64,000 nt of DNA, from the sequence record NC_070998.1; one strand, 5' to 3'. The notes beneath the pieces were generated by a model. That model saw only the letters and a list, made by a program, of their open reading frames with translations, did not search any database and was not told the origin of the DNA. Positions 29,626 through 39,589 of this stretch are shown here, one piece after another (position 1 is the first letter of the stretch; each line of letters begins with the position of its first letter). A program made the translations under genes and the position numbers.

Positions 29626-30981
29626 ATGTCTAAGAAAGCTAAAGAAGTTAAAGCGGTTAAAGTCGCTGAAACCAAAACTGTGGATGTGTTGGAAGACAAC
29701 GTACAAAACGAACAGGAAGAATCTGATACCCAAGATTCTTCCTGTGTTTTTTCTGCCTTAATTGAACCATCTTCACCACCTATTGTAGAACTGGAAAATG
29801 TCGAGGTTAAACCTAAGTACGTGTTGGATAACATAGCCAACAAACCAAAACTGAAAGTTGGTGATAAAGAAATTGAGCTTAAAGAAGTTCAACTGACCAG
29901 TGATCATTTCTTTAATATTAATAGTTTCCGTAGCTCCCCAAGACATTATCACTTTAGTAATCATTACAGTGAAAATGAAATGAGAAAGGTTGAAGGCGAA
30001 CCTAAGTGGTACGGCGCGGAAGTTAACGGAGTCCAATTCTTCCTGACCCAAGGTTCTGTTGTAGACCTTAAACGCCTAGATAACCAAACCGGTTATGGTG
30101 GACCCAACACCGATGGTCGTAAACCTTGTGTTAAGGTTACTTATTCTACTATCATTACTGATAACCTTTCCATTCGTGGATTTGAAGAGAATCGACTGTT
30201 TAATGTCGGATTAACTGGCGAGTGGATTTGCATTGATAATGTTTCTTTGTCAGATGGTAAAGTAGAAATTGAAAACTCCATAGATCTTACAAATGTGAGT
30301 CTAAGTGTTTTCAGCATTACTCGTACAAACTCTCTCGATCTTAACCAGTTTAACGGTAGTAGAATTTCGTTGAAAGGGTTTAATTCGATCAGAATTTACA
30401 ACAGTAGCTGCTACTGTCATTTTGAAAATTCTTTCATTCTTGATTTACCAAATAAGAAGATGGTCAATCTTTCCATTGGAAAGACCACTCTTAGTGATTT
30501 CAAGTTTATTAACTATAATCATAATCTTTGCGAGGGGTTAGATGTTAACTCCAAAATCGTTATAGATAAACGTATTGACTATGGTTATATCACTGGTCTG
30601 AAGCCTGTTCCTTTTGTGCGTGTTGGTCGCAGTGGGATCTTGGTAGGTAGTCAGTATTTTACCGCTGTAGAAATGTTGGGTAAAATCAATACAGCTACTC
30701 TGCACGAGATCACACCTATCTCTCCGTGGTATCCCACTCCTACCTTTGGTTCTCCAAGAGCTCTAGATCCATTGGTTGGGCGTGATGTTGCTGATAAAGC
30801 TTATAGCGTAGCTTTTAACTCTGGTTATAAAGGTAAGGTTCCTGAACATCAACCTGATCAACTTGTAGTAGATATTGTCCAAACCACAATTGACCAGATT
30901 CGTTCCAAAGTCAAGGTTTTTGCTTTGATTGACACTCTAATTTCTGGTTACTTTGAATATGACGATGAATACCCCTACTGA
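29626..30981 (+). CDS. hypothetical protein, acidic N-terminus and possible beta-solenoid core
   Basis: 451-aa ORF. Confidence 0.75.
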   Translation: MSKKAKEVKAVKVAETKTVDVLEDNVQNEQEESDTQDSSCVFSALIEPSSPPIVELENVEVKPKYVLDNIANKPKLKVGDKEIELKEVQLTSDHFFNINSFRSSPRHYHFSNHYSENEMRKVEGEPKWYGAEVNGVQFFLTQGSVVDLKRLDNQTGYGGPNTDGRKPCVKVTYSTIITDNLSIRGFEENRLFNVGLTGEWICIDNVSLSDGKVEIENSIDLTNVSLSVFSITRTNSLDLNQFNGSRISLKGFNSIRIYNSSCYCHFENSFILDLPNKKMVNLSIGKTTLSDFKFINYNHNLCEGLDVNSKIVIDKRIDYGYITGLKPVPFVRVGRSGILVGSQYFTAVEMLGKINTATLHEITPISPWYPTPTFGSPRALDPLVGRDVADKAYSVAFNSGYKGKVPEHQPDQLVVDIVQTTIDQIRSKVKVFALIDTLISGYFEYDDEYPY

Positions 30982-31666
30982 TACCTTAGAAAGACTAACT
31001 AGAAAATTTGGGAATCTGTTTCTCCATATTTCTGGTGAAAGTAAGGTTTCATTCTTAGGACTGAAAGGTAATTCTTGGAATGGGTTTATTACAACCTGTT
31101 TTGACGGAGACTTAGGTTGTATGGAACGGATTGAAGACGAAAGACCTTCCGCTCTAGACAACGCTTTTCGGTTCATGAGAGATTTAACCATAACACCTCA
31201 TTTGAACTTGGATGAGAACTCTAAGTATACACTTACGGAAGAAGAGTGGAATAGTGAACTCGATCAGTTTCTAAAGTTTATTGAAAGCAACCCGTTCAAT
31301 AAAACTTATCAACATTATGTTTACCATAAAGGTGAAACTAATAAGGTTGAAACTGTTATAACTATCCAACTTAAACCTCTCTGTAACACATATGTTGTTG
31401 GGGAGTATCATGCTAGTAATGAAGCTGAGTTTCTTGGGGAAGTAACCGCTGTTAATAGTGAGGATGGTTCTGATGCTCTAATTTTCTCATGTGATAAATT
31501 TGCTTTTCTATTGGAAACTACCAATGATAAACATCTTTACTCAAATGAGAATTGTATAAAGTACCGAGAACATATTCCTACGAAAGGTGATTTTCTTGTA
31601 CGAGATAATGGAACTGGTAAATTAGTTATCTTACCTAAAAATGATTACTGTGGATATTTCCACTAA
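30965..31666 (+). CDS. hypothetical protein
   Basis: ORF 30953..31666; start uncertain. Confidence 0.7.
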   Translation: MNTPTDTLERLTRKFGNLFLHISGESKVSFLGLKGNSWNGFITTCFDGDLGCMERIEDERPSALDNAFRFMRDLTITPHLNLDENSKYTLTEEEWNSELDQFLKFIESNPFNKTYQHYVYHKGETNKVETVITIQLKPLCNTYVVGEYHASNEAEFLGEVTAVNSEDGSDALIFSCDKFAFLLETTNDKHLYSNENCIKYREHIPTKGDFLVRDNGTGKLVILPKNDYCGYFH

Positions 31667-31671
31667 CATAA

Positions 31672-31699
31672 AGGGTAACTGGGAACACCCAGTTACCCT
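31672..31699. terminator. hairpin terminator
   Basis: agggtaactggg-aaca-cccagttaccct. Confidence 0.78.
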
Positions 31700-31712
31700 C
31701 ATTTTCTTATGC

Positions 31713-31739
31713 TCTATAATTTTTGAGATAGATATTATT
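31713..31739 (+). promoter_or_regulatory. early promoter motif
   Basis: tctataatttttgagata-GATATTAT (core 31731-31738). Confidence 0.6.
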
Positions 31740-31776
31740 ATTGTGTAAGTATAGGGAGTATAAAAGGAAAAGTAGC

Positions 31777-32544
31777 ATGTCTAATAAAAAGAAGCGTAAT
31801 GAAGCCAAGAACCAAAAGAAAAAGCAAGCAATTGCCAATCACAAACAGTTCTTTGCACATCGAGCCAAAGTGACACATATCACTCAATCGCTCAATCATG
31901 CATTGGGTAAGTTCTATGTCATTGGTGACAAGAATCACCTACCAATGACCTTTGGGCTGTGGGATCTTAAAAACAGGCTGAAGGGGGACGATCTAAAAAT
32001 AGGCTTGGAAGAAGCGATGAAGTTTCTTCTCGATACTCCAAATACTTGGGTAATTGCAATTTATCATTTCTTTGATATTGATGGTATTGTTGAGGTAATA
32101 CCAGTTACTTGCACAGTTCCAGATTTTACCTTAGGAATTGCTTGCGATTTAGTTCCGGCCTTAATAGAAGAGACTAAGGCTTGTATTCTTGAAAAGGAAG
32201 AGTACAAAGATTTAGAAAGTTATTATAGTCATCATGCTTATTATATCAATTATGGAGATGATCTTAATTTTGATAAAATGGATGGTGATTTAATTAACGC
32301 TATGTTCACAGTCAGTAATGACTTACAGAAGACTTCAGATATCGTTCCTGTTGTAAATGGCTATAAGGTATTGGACAACATTCTTAAAGATCCTGGAGAA
32401 GTTGCAGGAGGTTCAGAGAGTGTTCCGTTGTGTAGCAATATGGTAGAGTTAACAGAGGAAGTTTTAAATAGTTTTGGAATGACATCTACAGATATTGATG
32501 AAATGTTTTCTGAATCATCAGAAGGTCATTTGGAAGTTGCTTAA
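31777..32544 (+). CDS. hypothetical protein
   Basis: ORF 31741..32544; ATG at 31777 after SD aagga. Confidence 0.75.
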   Translation: MSNKKKRNEAKNQKKKQAIANHKQFFAHRAKVTHITQSLNHALGKFYVIGDKNHLPMTFGLWDLKNRLKGDDLKIGLEEAMKFLLDTPNTWVIAIYHFFDIDGIVEVIPVTCTVPDFTLGIACDLVPALIEETKACILEKEEYKDLESYYSHHAYYINYGDDLNFDKMDGDLINAMFTVSNDLQKTSDIVPVVNGYKVLDNILKDPGEVAGGSESVPLCSNMVELTEEVLNSFGMTSTDIDEMFSESSEGHLEVA

Positions 32545-32577
32545 TCAATTATTTTAGTCTAGATAAAGGAAAGTAAA

Positions 32578-32955
32578 ATGAAACAAGTGCATATTGAAAA
32601 ACTGGCAGATATTATCTCCAAAGAGAAGTCTGAATTCCGTATTAACATCCCGGCTCTTAATGGTAAAGGTGAATTTCGGCTAGGGGGTAGTACATTCCCT
32701 ACCGGGACCTTCGAGATCGTAGTCCATTATCACGGTAAAGAAGTTTCTTGTTCTGGACACATGGGTCGACAGTACATAACTATGACACAGGTTAAGAATG
32801 AAGAAATCGATAAGTCCAAACCTTGTTTGAAAATCAACATCACTCGTCGCAATGGTGCGTTTATTAAAAATGATCGATTCATTAAGAACGACGTAGCTAG
32901 TCTTATCGAGTTCTTTAATGACTGGACCGCAGAAGTTACTCTTGACAATAAATAG
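32578..32955 (+). CDS. hypothetical protein
   Basis: ORF with SD aagga. Confidence 0.7.
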   Translation: MKQVHIEKLADIISKEKSEFRINIPALNGKGEFRLGGSTFPTGTFEIVVHYHGKEVSCSGHMGRQYITMTQVKNEEIDKSKPCLKINITRRNGAFIKNDRFIKNDVASLIEFFNDWTAEVTLDNK

Positions 32956-32961
32956 GGATTC

Positions 32962-33357
32962 GTGATGAGTACCATATCTGCTAATGTCTTTAATAGGATT
33001 GTTGATTCTATCATTTCTGCCGGAGGAGTAGGTTTCTGGGTAGAAGACGACTTGCTTAGGAACTTGAAACAACGTAATCTACTACAGTTCTGGCAAACTA
33101 GTAATCATAGACCAGAGTTGTCTATTGAAAGTCCTAAGGCTAAACTGGAGTTTCGTTTAGTCAATCCGCGCAATCATGAATGGTCTTTCACTATTAGTTC
33201 TCAGACTGGAATGAGGAAGTCTGTAAGTTTAACCTGGATGGGGAATTTGTCTAATCCTAAAACTAATCACGAACAGGGCAAATTACTTAGAAGTGAGATA
33301 GGTTTAGTTTTAAGGCAATTCCTAGTCCAATCAGGAATTAAATTTATTCCAAATTGA
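32962..33357 (+). CDS. hypothetical protein
   Basis: ORF in coupled run. Confidence 0.7.
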   Translation: MMSTISANVFNRIVDSIISAGGVGFWVEDDLLRNLKQRNLLQFWQTSNHRPELSIESPKAKLEFRLVNPRNHEWSFTISSQTGMRKSVSLTWMGNLSNPKTNHEQGKLLRSEIGLVLRQFLVQSGIKFIPN

Positions 33358-33764
33358 AGGTTATTGACATGCCAGATCCAAATTTGAAGTTCCTACCTAT
33401 TAGTAAGAGTATTGCTCTAACTATTGATAAAAACAATATTGATATTTGGACTAAACATATTCTTCCCCACCCAACCCCTTTCTGGGATTTTTGGGAGAAA
33501 GACGAAGAGTTTAAATATCTCTTTGTTTCACTAAGCACTATTTATAACGAAGAGGGGTTAATTAAACCTGAATTGTTGGTAGCAAAACCTGGTATTAACT
33601 ACGAGGATGCAATTAAACATCTGGAATTAGTTTTATTTCCAAACTCTTGGATCTTACACAAAGAAGCTGGAATTCGTGTTGGATCATATTTGATCGCTCT
33701 TTGGTTTACACCTGAAAGCGTTCATTACGAATTGAAAAGATTATTAGGAGATAAAAATGGATAA
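33354..33764 (+). CDS. hypothetical protein
   Basis: ORF in coupled run; start uncertain. Confidence 0.65.
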   Translation: MKVIDMPDPNLKFLPISKSIALTIDKNNIDIWTKHILPHPTPFWDFWEKDEEFKYLFVSLSTIYNEEGLIKPELLVAKPGINYEDAIKHLELVLFPNSWILHKEAGIRVGSYLIALWFTPESVHYELKRLLGDKNG

Positions 33765-34353
33765 CAACTTCCCTTATAACCATCGTATTAACTACAACAC
33801 TTTTGTAACTGGTGTTTGGATCCCATATAACGGTTGGCGTGTAAAGAGTCTTCATGACGTAAAGTTACGGGACGGGACTATTGTTACACAACTTCGGCCT
33901 AATGGCGCCGCCTGGTATGGGTCTAAATTCGACATCAAAGACGATGACGTTATCGCGATCAGGGTAGTCCCCGATGAAGAACGCGGTAAATACGAATACA
34001 CTGGTGATTTCAGAATTGAAAGAGATATCCATTATTTTGGTCATGTTATTCCCGTCTGGCTAGAAGATGAGCAACGTTTCATTTATCCTGACGAAGTACC
34101 TGAAGGTAAATTCATTACTCCTTTGCAACAAGCTTTGTGGAAGAAGTGTTGTACAAAAGAAGGTGATAAAGAAGAATCATGGGAAGTTATTGTTTTAACA
34201 GTAACGGGACGACTCTCTGATAACAAACTTTTAAGCTTTACTAATGACGAATTAGTACTTTTGTTTGATCATAGTGACAGTAGATTAACCACGCCAGAAG
34301 TTCTTTCAGAAAGGATTAGAAACAAAGCTCTTACTGGTTTTAATAGTTTTTAA
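33757..34353 (+). CDS. hypothetical protein
   Basis: ORF with SD aggag. Confidence 0.7.
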   Translation: MDNNFPYNHRINYNTFVTGVWIPYNGWRVKSLHDVKLRDGTIVTQLRPNGAAWYGSKFDIKDDDVIAIRVVPDEERGKYEYTGDFRIERDIHYFGHVIPVWLEDEQRFIYPDEVPEGKFITPLQQALWKKCCTKEGDKEESWEVIVLTVTGRLSDNKLLSFTNDELVLLFDHSDSRLTTPEVLSERIRNKALTGFNSF

Positions 34354-34359
34354 GGATAA

Positions 34360-34683
34360 ATGAAGATGGAAACAGTATTTGAAAATTTGACAGATAAAGA
34401 TAAAGAAAGACTAATCTATGGATTGGAGGTCAGTATTAACTCTTTCAGTAAATCTAAAAATAAAGATTTTAAAAGGTTTCATTTAAGCAATGGAACCTCA
34501 GTGTTGGTAAAACTAGAACCTCACATGGGAAACAGAGAACATCTGTCAGTTTTAATTACAAACCCCAAATCTAAACAAGTTATTAAAGAAGATTTCTATT
34601 TCTTTTTAGTGACAGTTGGAAGGGCTTTGGTGCTTGAAAACAAAGCAAAAGAAATGATTAAAGTTATTTCTAACTATATGTAA
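34360..34683 (+). CDS. hypothetical protein
   Basis: ORF with SD aagga. Confidence 0.7.
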   Translation: MKMETVFENLTDKDKERLIYGLEVSINSFSKSKNKDFKRFHLSNGTSVLVKLEPHMGNREHLSVLITNPKSKQVIKEDFYFFLVTVGRALVLENKAKEMIKVISNYM

Positions 34684-34714
34684 TAACAACCTTAAGTCTA
34701 GATAAGGATATATC

Positions 34715-35065
34715 GTGAAAGCTCTTGTAACACTTTGTATTGGGTTTATGTTAGCTCTGTTTAGCTTTACAGCAATTAGTAAAGTAGATCAAACTAACAC
34801 CTCTCAAAAGCGTTATATGAAAGGGACAGTCGTCCATGTTGACAACTGCGGTGTAGAAACTAACTATAATAGTCTTTGCTTGGTTATAATTGAACACAAT
34901 GGCATAGATAAACCAGCCACTGTTCTAGGTAAAGTTGGCATCGGATCTGTAGTATACAAAGAGTGTAGAGTTAAGCTTGGTTCTGTCCAGTGTAAGGAAG
35001 ATTGGAAGAACTATATTAATGAAGATTTCCTAACTGGCGGAATTTATATTAAGGATAACACATGA
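34715..35065 (+). CDS. exported/membrane-anchored small protein
   Basis: N-terminal hydrophobic signal MKALVTLCIGFMLALFSFTAIS, paired Cys. Confidence 0.65.
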   Translation: MKALVTLCIGFMLALFSFTAISKVDQTNTSQKRYMKGTVVHVDNCGVETNYNSLCLVIIEHNGIDKPATVLGKVGIGSVVYKECRVKLGSVQCKEDWKNYINEDFLTGGIYIKDNT

Positions 35066-35730
35066 CATTACTAGCACGTTTGGAACAGGAAGATTTGTTA
35101 TTCGGTTTAAAGGGTTATGACGTGGACGATTTCCTGCGTCGTTGGAAGAAAGAACTTTCTTTACTGGAGAGTGCTTGTTCTGAAGATCCAAAATGTAGCT
35201 ACCATAATTTTAGCCACGCTGTTGGTGTGGGGATGATTATGGAAAAACTACTGGATGGATCTGAAAAGTTTTCAGTAAGCGAAAAACATCGTGGCGTGGT
35301 GGCTGGGATCTATCACGATTTCAAGTACAATGGTGACAAAGATGACAGTGCAAATATTCGTATTACCATTGATAATTTCATGTTTACTGGACTATCAGTA
35401 CTAGGACACACAGTTGATCGTGATTTTGTTTGTACTATCATTGCTCAAACAAGATACCCGTATAAACCAGACGACATACTGACCGATCTTGGTAAGTTAC
35501 TAAGAGACGCAGATCGTCTATATGGGTTGGTATTCTCATCCACACAAATGGTTAATCGTCTCTATCTCGCTCTTGGTCATAAACTAGGTATTTATTATCT
35601 AAATGATTTTGTTGAAAGGAATATCAATTTCCTTGAAGAATTTGTGTGCTTCTCAGAAGAAGGTAAGAAAATTTACGATCAAACAGTTCACCAGGCAATT
35701 GATATCCACAGGCGTGTTCTCTGGGGGTGA
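35062..35730 (+). CDS. HD-domain phosphohydrolase
   Basis: YHNFSHA, YHDF (HD) and LRDAD motifs. Confidence 0.82.
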   Translation: MTLLARLEQEDLLFGLKGYDVDDFLRRWKKELSLLESACSEDPKCSYHNFSHAVGVGMIMEKLLDGSEKFSVSEKHRGVVAGIYHDFKYNGDKDDSANIRITIDNFMFTGLSVLGHTVDRDFVCTIIAQTRYPYKPDDILTDLGKLLRDADRLYGLVFSSTQMVNRLYLALGHKLGIYYLNDFVERNINFLEEFVCFSEEGKKIYDQTVHQAIDIHRRVLWG

Positions 35731-36120
35731 TTGATGGATAAGAAAATTATTGGTGACTTGAAGTGGGTTATTTCTGGGTTGGTTATTGCGTTTTTGTTTT
35801 ATCCAATGGCAATATCAAACTGGCGAAGTGCGACATCTGGTAAAATCTTGGAGTGTTACACTGAACAAACTGTCAATGGAAATGTTTACTACTGCGACTT
35901 CAAAATAAATAATGATGAAATTGTTACCATTAAACACCAAAGACAACTCTGGAATGAACATAAAGAACAAATTGGGACCATTGTGTCAGTTCATCCTGGT
36001 CAAACACCAAGATCTCTTGCCCCTTTATTTCTAGGGACAATTGGGATGTTATCAATGGTAGTTGGCGTTATATCAATCATCCAAAGAAAACTTAAAGTTA
36101 AAGATATTTACCAGATTTAA
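35731..36120 (+). CDS. membrane protein with two TM segments
   Basis: N- and C-terminal hydrophobic stretches. Confidence 0.65.
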   Translation: MMDKKIIGDLKWVISGLVIAFLFYPMAISNWRSATSGKILECYTEQTVNGNVYYCDFKINNDEIVTIKHQRQLWNEHKEQIGTIVSVHPGQTPRSLAPLFLGTIGMLSMVVGVISIIQRKLKVKDIYQI

Positions 36121-36128
36121 CTAAGATA

Positions 36129-36165
36129 TAACTCTCTACTCCCAATTAAAGGGAGTAGAGAGTTA
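36129..36165. terminator. hairpin terminator (same family as 15662)
   Basis: taactctctactccc-aattaaa-gggagtagagagtta. Confidence 0.82.
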
Positions 36166-36173
36166 CTTTAATA

Positions 36174-36200
36174 TCCATAAATTTATAGACCGATATTACT
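36174..36200 (+). promoter_or_regulatory. early promoter motif
   Basis: tccataaatttatagacc-GATATTAC (core 36192-36199). Confidence 0.6.
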
Positions 36201-36295
36201 AGAGTGTATAAACATGAATGATTTATCATTCACTTGTTTAAGATAAGAGATTCTTCAATCTCTTCAACCTTTAAGTATAGATAAGGAATATAATT

Positions 36296-36763
36296 ATGTT
36301 TACTGAATCTGAAAAACAAGCTTTCAAAAATAACCTTTCCTTGGTAACTTCCAATTCTTCTTTGGTTAAATTGGATGTGGTAAACGAAGAGGTTATGGAG
36401 AGACGTCACCTGCTAGTTGCTAAACGTAATCGCAAGCTAGAAGCTTTCTCCTCAGCTGTACTAGTTTACTTTTGTAACGTGTTGAACCAAAGGGGATACG
36501 CAGCTGGTAGTAAAGAACAGTTTAAATCCACTCTTGCGGTAGCTGACGTTTTAACCACCGGCTGGACAATTTATCACGCAAGTTGTGTGATCTCTGACGA
36601 CAAATATTCTACCATAGAACAAATGTCAACTTGGGTAGAGAAAAAGTTGAAAGAAGCTTTCTCATATGGACTGAATGATACAATGAGACCGACCGCGTAT
36701 TCCCTGAAATATATTCTCGACGACTTCGATCGTATTAATAAAATTTCTTCACTGGCCAAGTAG
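36296..36763 (+). CDS. hypothetical protein
   Basis: ORF with SD aagga. Confidence 0.7.
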   Translation: MFTESEKQAFKNNLSLVTSNSSLVKLDVVNEEVMERRHLLVAKRNRKLEAFSSAVLVYFCNVLNQRGYAAGSKEQFKSTLAVADVLTTGWTIYHASCVISDDKYSTIEQMSTWVEKKLKEAFSYGLNDTMRPTAYSLKYILDDFDRINKISSLAK

Positions 36764-36768
36764 TAATC

Positions 36769-36795
36769 TTTCCCACTCCTTTAAGGAGTGGGAAA
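36769..36795. terminator. hairpin terminator
   Basis: tttcccactcct-tta-aggagtgggaaa. Confidence 0.75.
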
Positions 36796-36893
36796 CTATT
36801 ATCATTATTTGTTTTTTTTTGTTTTAAGATCTTATGACCGTTCTGAGGAATCGCTATTAAAGTGGTTTGAATTTTCATAAGAGGAACAGATTA

Positions 36894-39203
36894 ATGTCTA
36901 GCAATAAACCTTTCCCGTCGTCAGATCTTGACGTATTTAAAGAAAACAGTCTTATATTAGACAATTTTGTCAACAGTCAGGAAAACGAACATCCTGATCG
37001 TTTTGCAAGAAAAAGGCCAACTATTACAGGGATTATCAAAGAAGCTTTTAATGTCCGCACTGATATTTCCAATATGAATGAAACTCTTATTGGTCAAAGT
37101 CGTTGGGATGCTGTTCCCAAGAACACTAGCTTAGCCCTAGGTGGGGATAATGGTGCTTTGAACAAACAAGCACAAGCTTTATTTAACCGAACCGAATTGT
37201 TGAAAACCCATGCAAGAGAAGCACTTCGTAGAACTTATTTAGAAGCTGGTTTAAATCTTGTTGAAGGTAGTTTTGAGGCTGGCGGTACTCTCGTAAAGGC
37301 TAATGACGTGTTGCTGCAAGAGCGCACCGGCAGGGTGTTCTCTGGTCCTGTCGGTGTAGTTGCCGCGGGGACTGACCCAGCGAGCGGTGAGTTTGTTGAT
37401 AGAAGTTCAGTACTTCTAAGAGATATGTCGCAGAAAATATTCAGTACTACCGCGGCCGTGATATCAGCGGCAGCAACATTGAAAATCGGCGATTTAGTCA
37501 GCACAGCAGGTCACACTACGGTCGGGGTCGGGGCGGCAGATTACGTGGTCTCTACAGACATCGCCCGCCCTTTCTTGGACATTAGCTTGGGGGATGGACG
37601 GATAGCCAAAATGCTTATCAAGGAATACATAGACCCAGCTTCTTGTGGTGTTGATACAACTGGTGTTCAGCCGGCCTCGCTGGCGCTTGCTGAAATTTCA
37701 AAGCATGGTTCTATCTCGTGGATTGGTTCGCTTTATATAGACCAAGAGTTCATTTTCGCAGCAGGCAATGACCTGATAGGGCAAGGCCAGCATAAATCGA
37801 AGTTGTTATTCAAGAATTCCGGTGTTGGCAAGGGTATCGTCAAGTCTACCAGGAGCCGATTCTATAACTTTGGTGTTACGTTAAAGGATTTTTTGGCTCC
37901 ATTCGATGGGCAGATGATCACGGTATCAGTGCAGTATGATTACTATATCTACGGCACAGTCCCACGTGAATCAACTGGATATGACCGGCTGGTGTTGGAT
38001 CACAGTAGTGATATTTATGCTGTCTCAACAGGTGGAACCAGCCCAAGCGGGGCATCAACAGGCCGCTTCTTGGTGCTGGATACAGGTGATATTAATGGCA
38101 TCCCAATCCCCCCGCTAGCAACTCAGCTTGGTATTTACAAATCCCGGTTTGATAACTGCACTGCTATTGGTTTCTATTGTCCATTGACTTTGTTGAGCCG
38201 TACTGATCGCGCTAATCAAGGTGCTCCTTGGATGCACTCCAACCGATTCGCTGGTTGGGTTACAAAAAACAACGTGGTCGAGTTTGAGGCATTGATTCAG
38301 ACGGTTACACCGAGAGCCGGGTCATTCACTGATAACAAGATAGAAGATTGGGTAACTCAGCCATACAAGAACTCTCAGCGCATCGCCACCATGGAAGGGG
38401 CTGGGTTCAAATTCGTGGACTGTTTCTTCTGGGATCAACACCTCTACCCAGACCAGAGCAAACTGATTGTACTGAGGAAATCAGCCACAGGGGACACAAA
38501 TTGGATTGAAAGAAATTCTTTCTACAATGACCACAGACCATCACTGGAATTTGTGCGCTGTCCAATCACCAGAAATAAGATTTCTGTCGAGAATATGACG
38601 ACAAATCTATGGCCTGCTGTCATCAAAATCACCGATAAATTTGGCAATGGAGATTGTGTCGGTGATATACCCATACTTAGTAACATTACAACAGGGACCA
38701 ATATATCGAGGTTCATGGCTGTTAACTTCACTACACCGCAGACGGTCGGTGCTGTAGCGCAGTGTACATTCAAAATTAAATCAAAATGGCCGTTAGCTAC
38801 CGACCCATTCCGGGGGGCCATCTACGCCATTGACATTGCTATCAACGTCAAGTTGACTGCTACGGGGTTTGAAGTGAAAACGCACTTGCTAACACCTTAC
38901 ACAGGAATCAAAACAGGTATTGATATCTATGCAGATAACCCCCGCCTCGTTAACGGCGAGTACATGTTAGATATTGTTGCATCTCAGAACAGTGTGGCAG
39001 CGCCTTTCCCGTCAATACGACTCAATGACAGCCCTTTACAGAACGGGGACTGGCAGTTATCTAATTCATACGGTATCATTTTGCCTATTCCGTCTGGCCA
39101 TGGGGCAACGACACTATCTGACGCTGCGGTGAAGATAGTGGACACGTTAGATCTGATTGCAGCGAATACAGTCATATCAAAGACAACCGCAATCAGCATA
39201 TAG
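36894..39203 (+). CDS. tailspike / receptor-binding protein B
   Basis: PFPSSD..DRFA anchor, REALRRTY box, GC-richer beta-helical C-terminal region; ATG 36894 after SD gagga. Confidence 0.85.
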   Translation: MSSNKPFPSSDLDVFKENSLILDNFVNSQENEHPDRFARKRPTITGIIKEAFNVRTDISNMNETLIGQSRWDAVPKNTSLALGGDNGALNKQAQALFNRTELLKTHAREALRRTYLEAGLNLVEGSFEAGGTLVKANDVLLQERTGRVFSGPVGVVAAGTDPASGEFVDRSSVLLRDMSQKIFSTTAAVISAAATLKIGDLVSTAGHTTVGVGAADYVVSTDIARPFLDISLGDGRIAKMLIKEYIDPASCGVDTTGVQPASLALAEISKHGSISWIGSLYIDQEFIFAAGNDLIGQGQHKSKLLFKNSGVGKGIVKSTRSRFYNFGVTLKDFLAPFDGQMITVSVQYDYYIYGTVPRESTGYDRLVLDHSSDIYAVSTGGTSPSGASTGRFLVLDTGDINGIPIPPLATQLGIYKSRFDNCTAIGFYCPLTLLSRTDRANQGAPWMHSNRFAGWVTKNNVVEFEALIQTVTPRAGSFTDNKIEDWVTQPYKNSQRIATMEGAGFKFVDCFFWDQHLYPDQSKLIVLRKSATGDTNWIERNSFYNDHRPSLEFVRCPITRNKISVENMTTNLWPAVIKITDKFGNGDCVGDIPILSNITTGTNISRFMAVNFTTPQTVGAVAQCTFKIKSKWPLATDPFRGAIYAIDIAINVKLTATGFEVKTHLLTPYTGIKTGIDIYADNPRLVNGEYMLDIVASQNSVAAPFPSIRLNDSPLQNGDWQLSNSYGIILPIPSGHGATTLSDAAVKIVDTLDLIAANTVISKTTAISI
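37212..37400 (+). repeat. conserved 189-bp tailspike junction box, copy B
   Basis: AREALRRTY...FVD coding box shared by tailspikes A, B and C. Confidence 0.9.
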
Positions 39204-39219
39204 GCTGACTTATGAAATC

Positions 39220-39241
39220 AAAGCCCCTTCACAGGGGCTTT
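39220..39241 (+). terminator. short GC-rich terminator of donor type
   Basis: aaagcccct-tcac-aggggcttt, same stem as 42623. Confidence 0.8.
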
Positions 39242-39508
39242 TCCATTTTGCAGTATTCCATTACTAAGTCCTGTACATCGATTTACCCTCAACCAGACTT
39301 CCTGTCTCACCTGATCAAATGCGTCCTCAGTCTGTATCTGGGACACGAACACGGGGCGCGAATCCCCAACATGTGGATGTTGTATTGGATCTAATCAATT
39401 GATGTACATTTCATAAATGTACACGTTGTAGTTTGCTCGACATCCATGCAATAATTACTATAGAAAATGAGCAAACATATTTGTAAACTAGATTAAAACA
39501 ATTAATTT

Positions 39509-39542
39509 AAACTCTACTTACTCACTAGGAGTAAGTAGAGTT
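39509..39542. terminator. hairpin terminator (resident family)
   Basis: aactctacttactc-actag-gagtaagtagagtt. Confidence 0.78.
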
Positions 39543-39589
39543 ATTTTATTGATTTTATGACCTTAGAAATTAAACCAAGGAATAAGTGT

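Noticed and set aside
30965-36763. Known anti-defence genes (Acb, Tad, Apyc1, Ocr, Dmd) among the small early ORFs
   Set aside because: No diagnostic motifs recognised; cannot be assigned without profile searches.
39212-39394. 60-aa ORF after tailspike B
   Set aside because: Runs through the terminator hairpin, no SD; treated as donor-derived debris.
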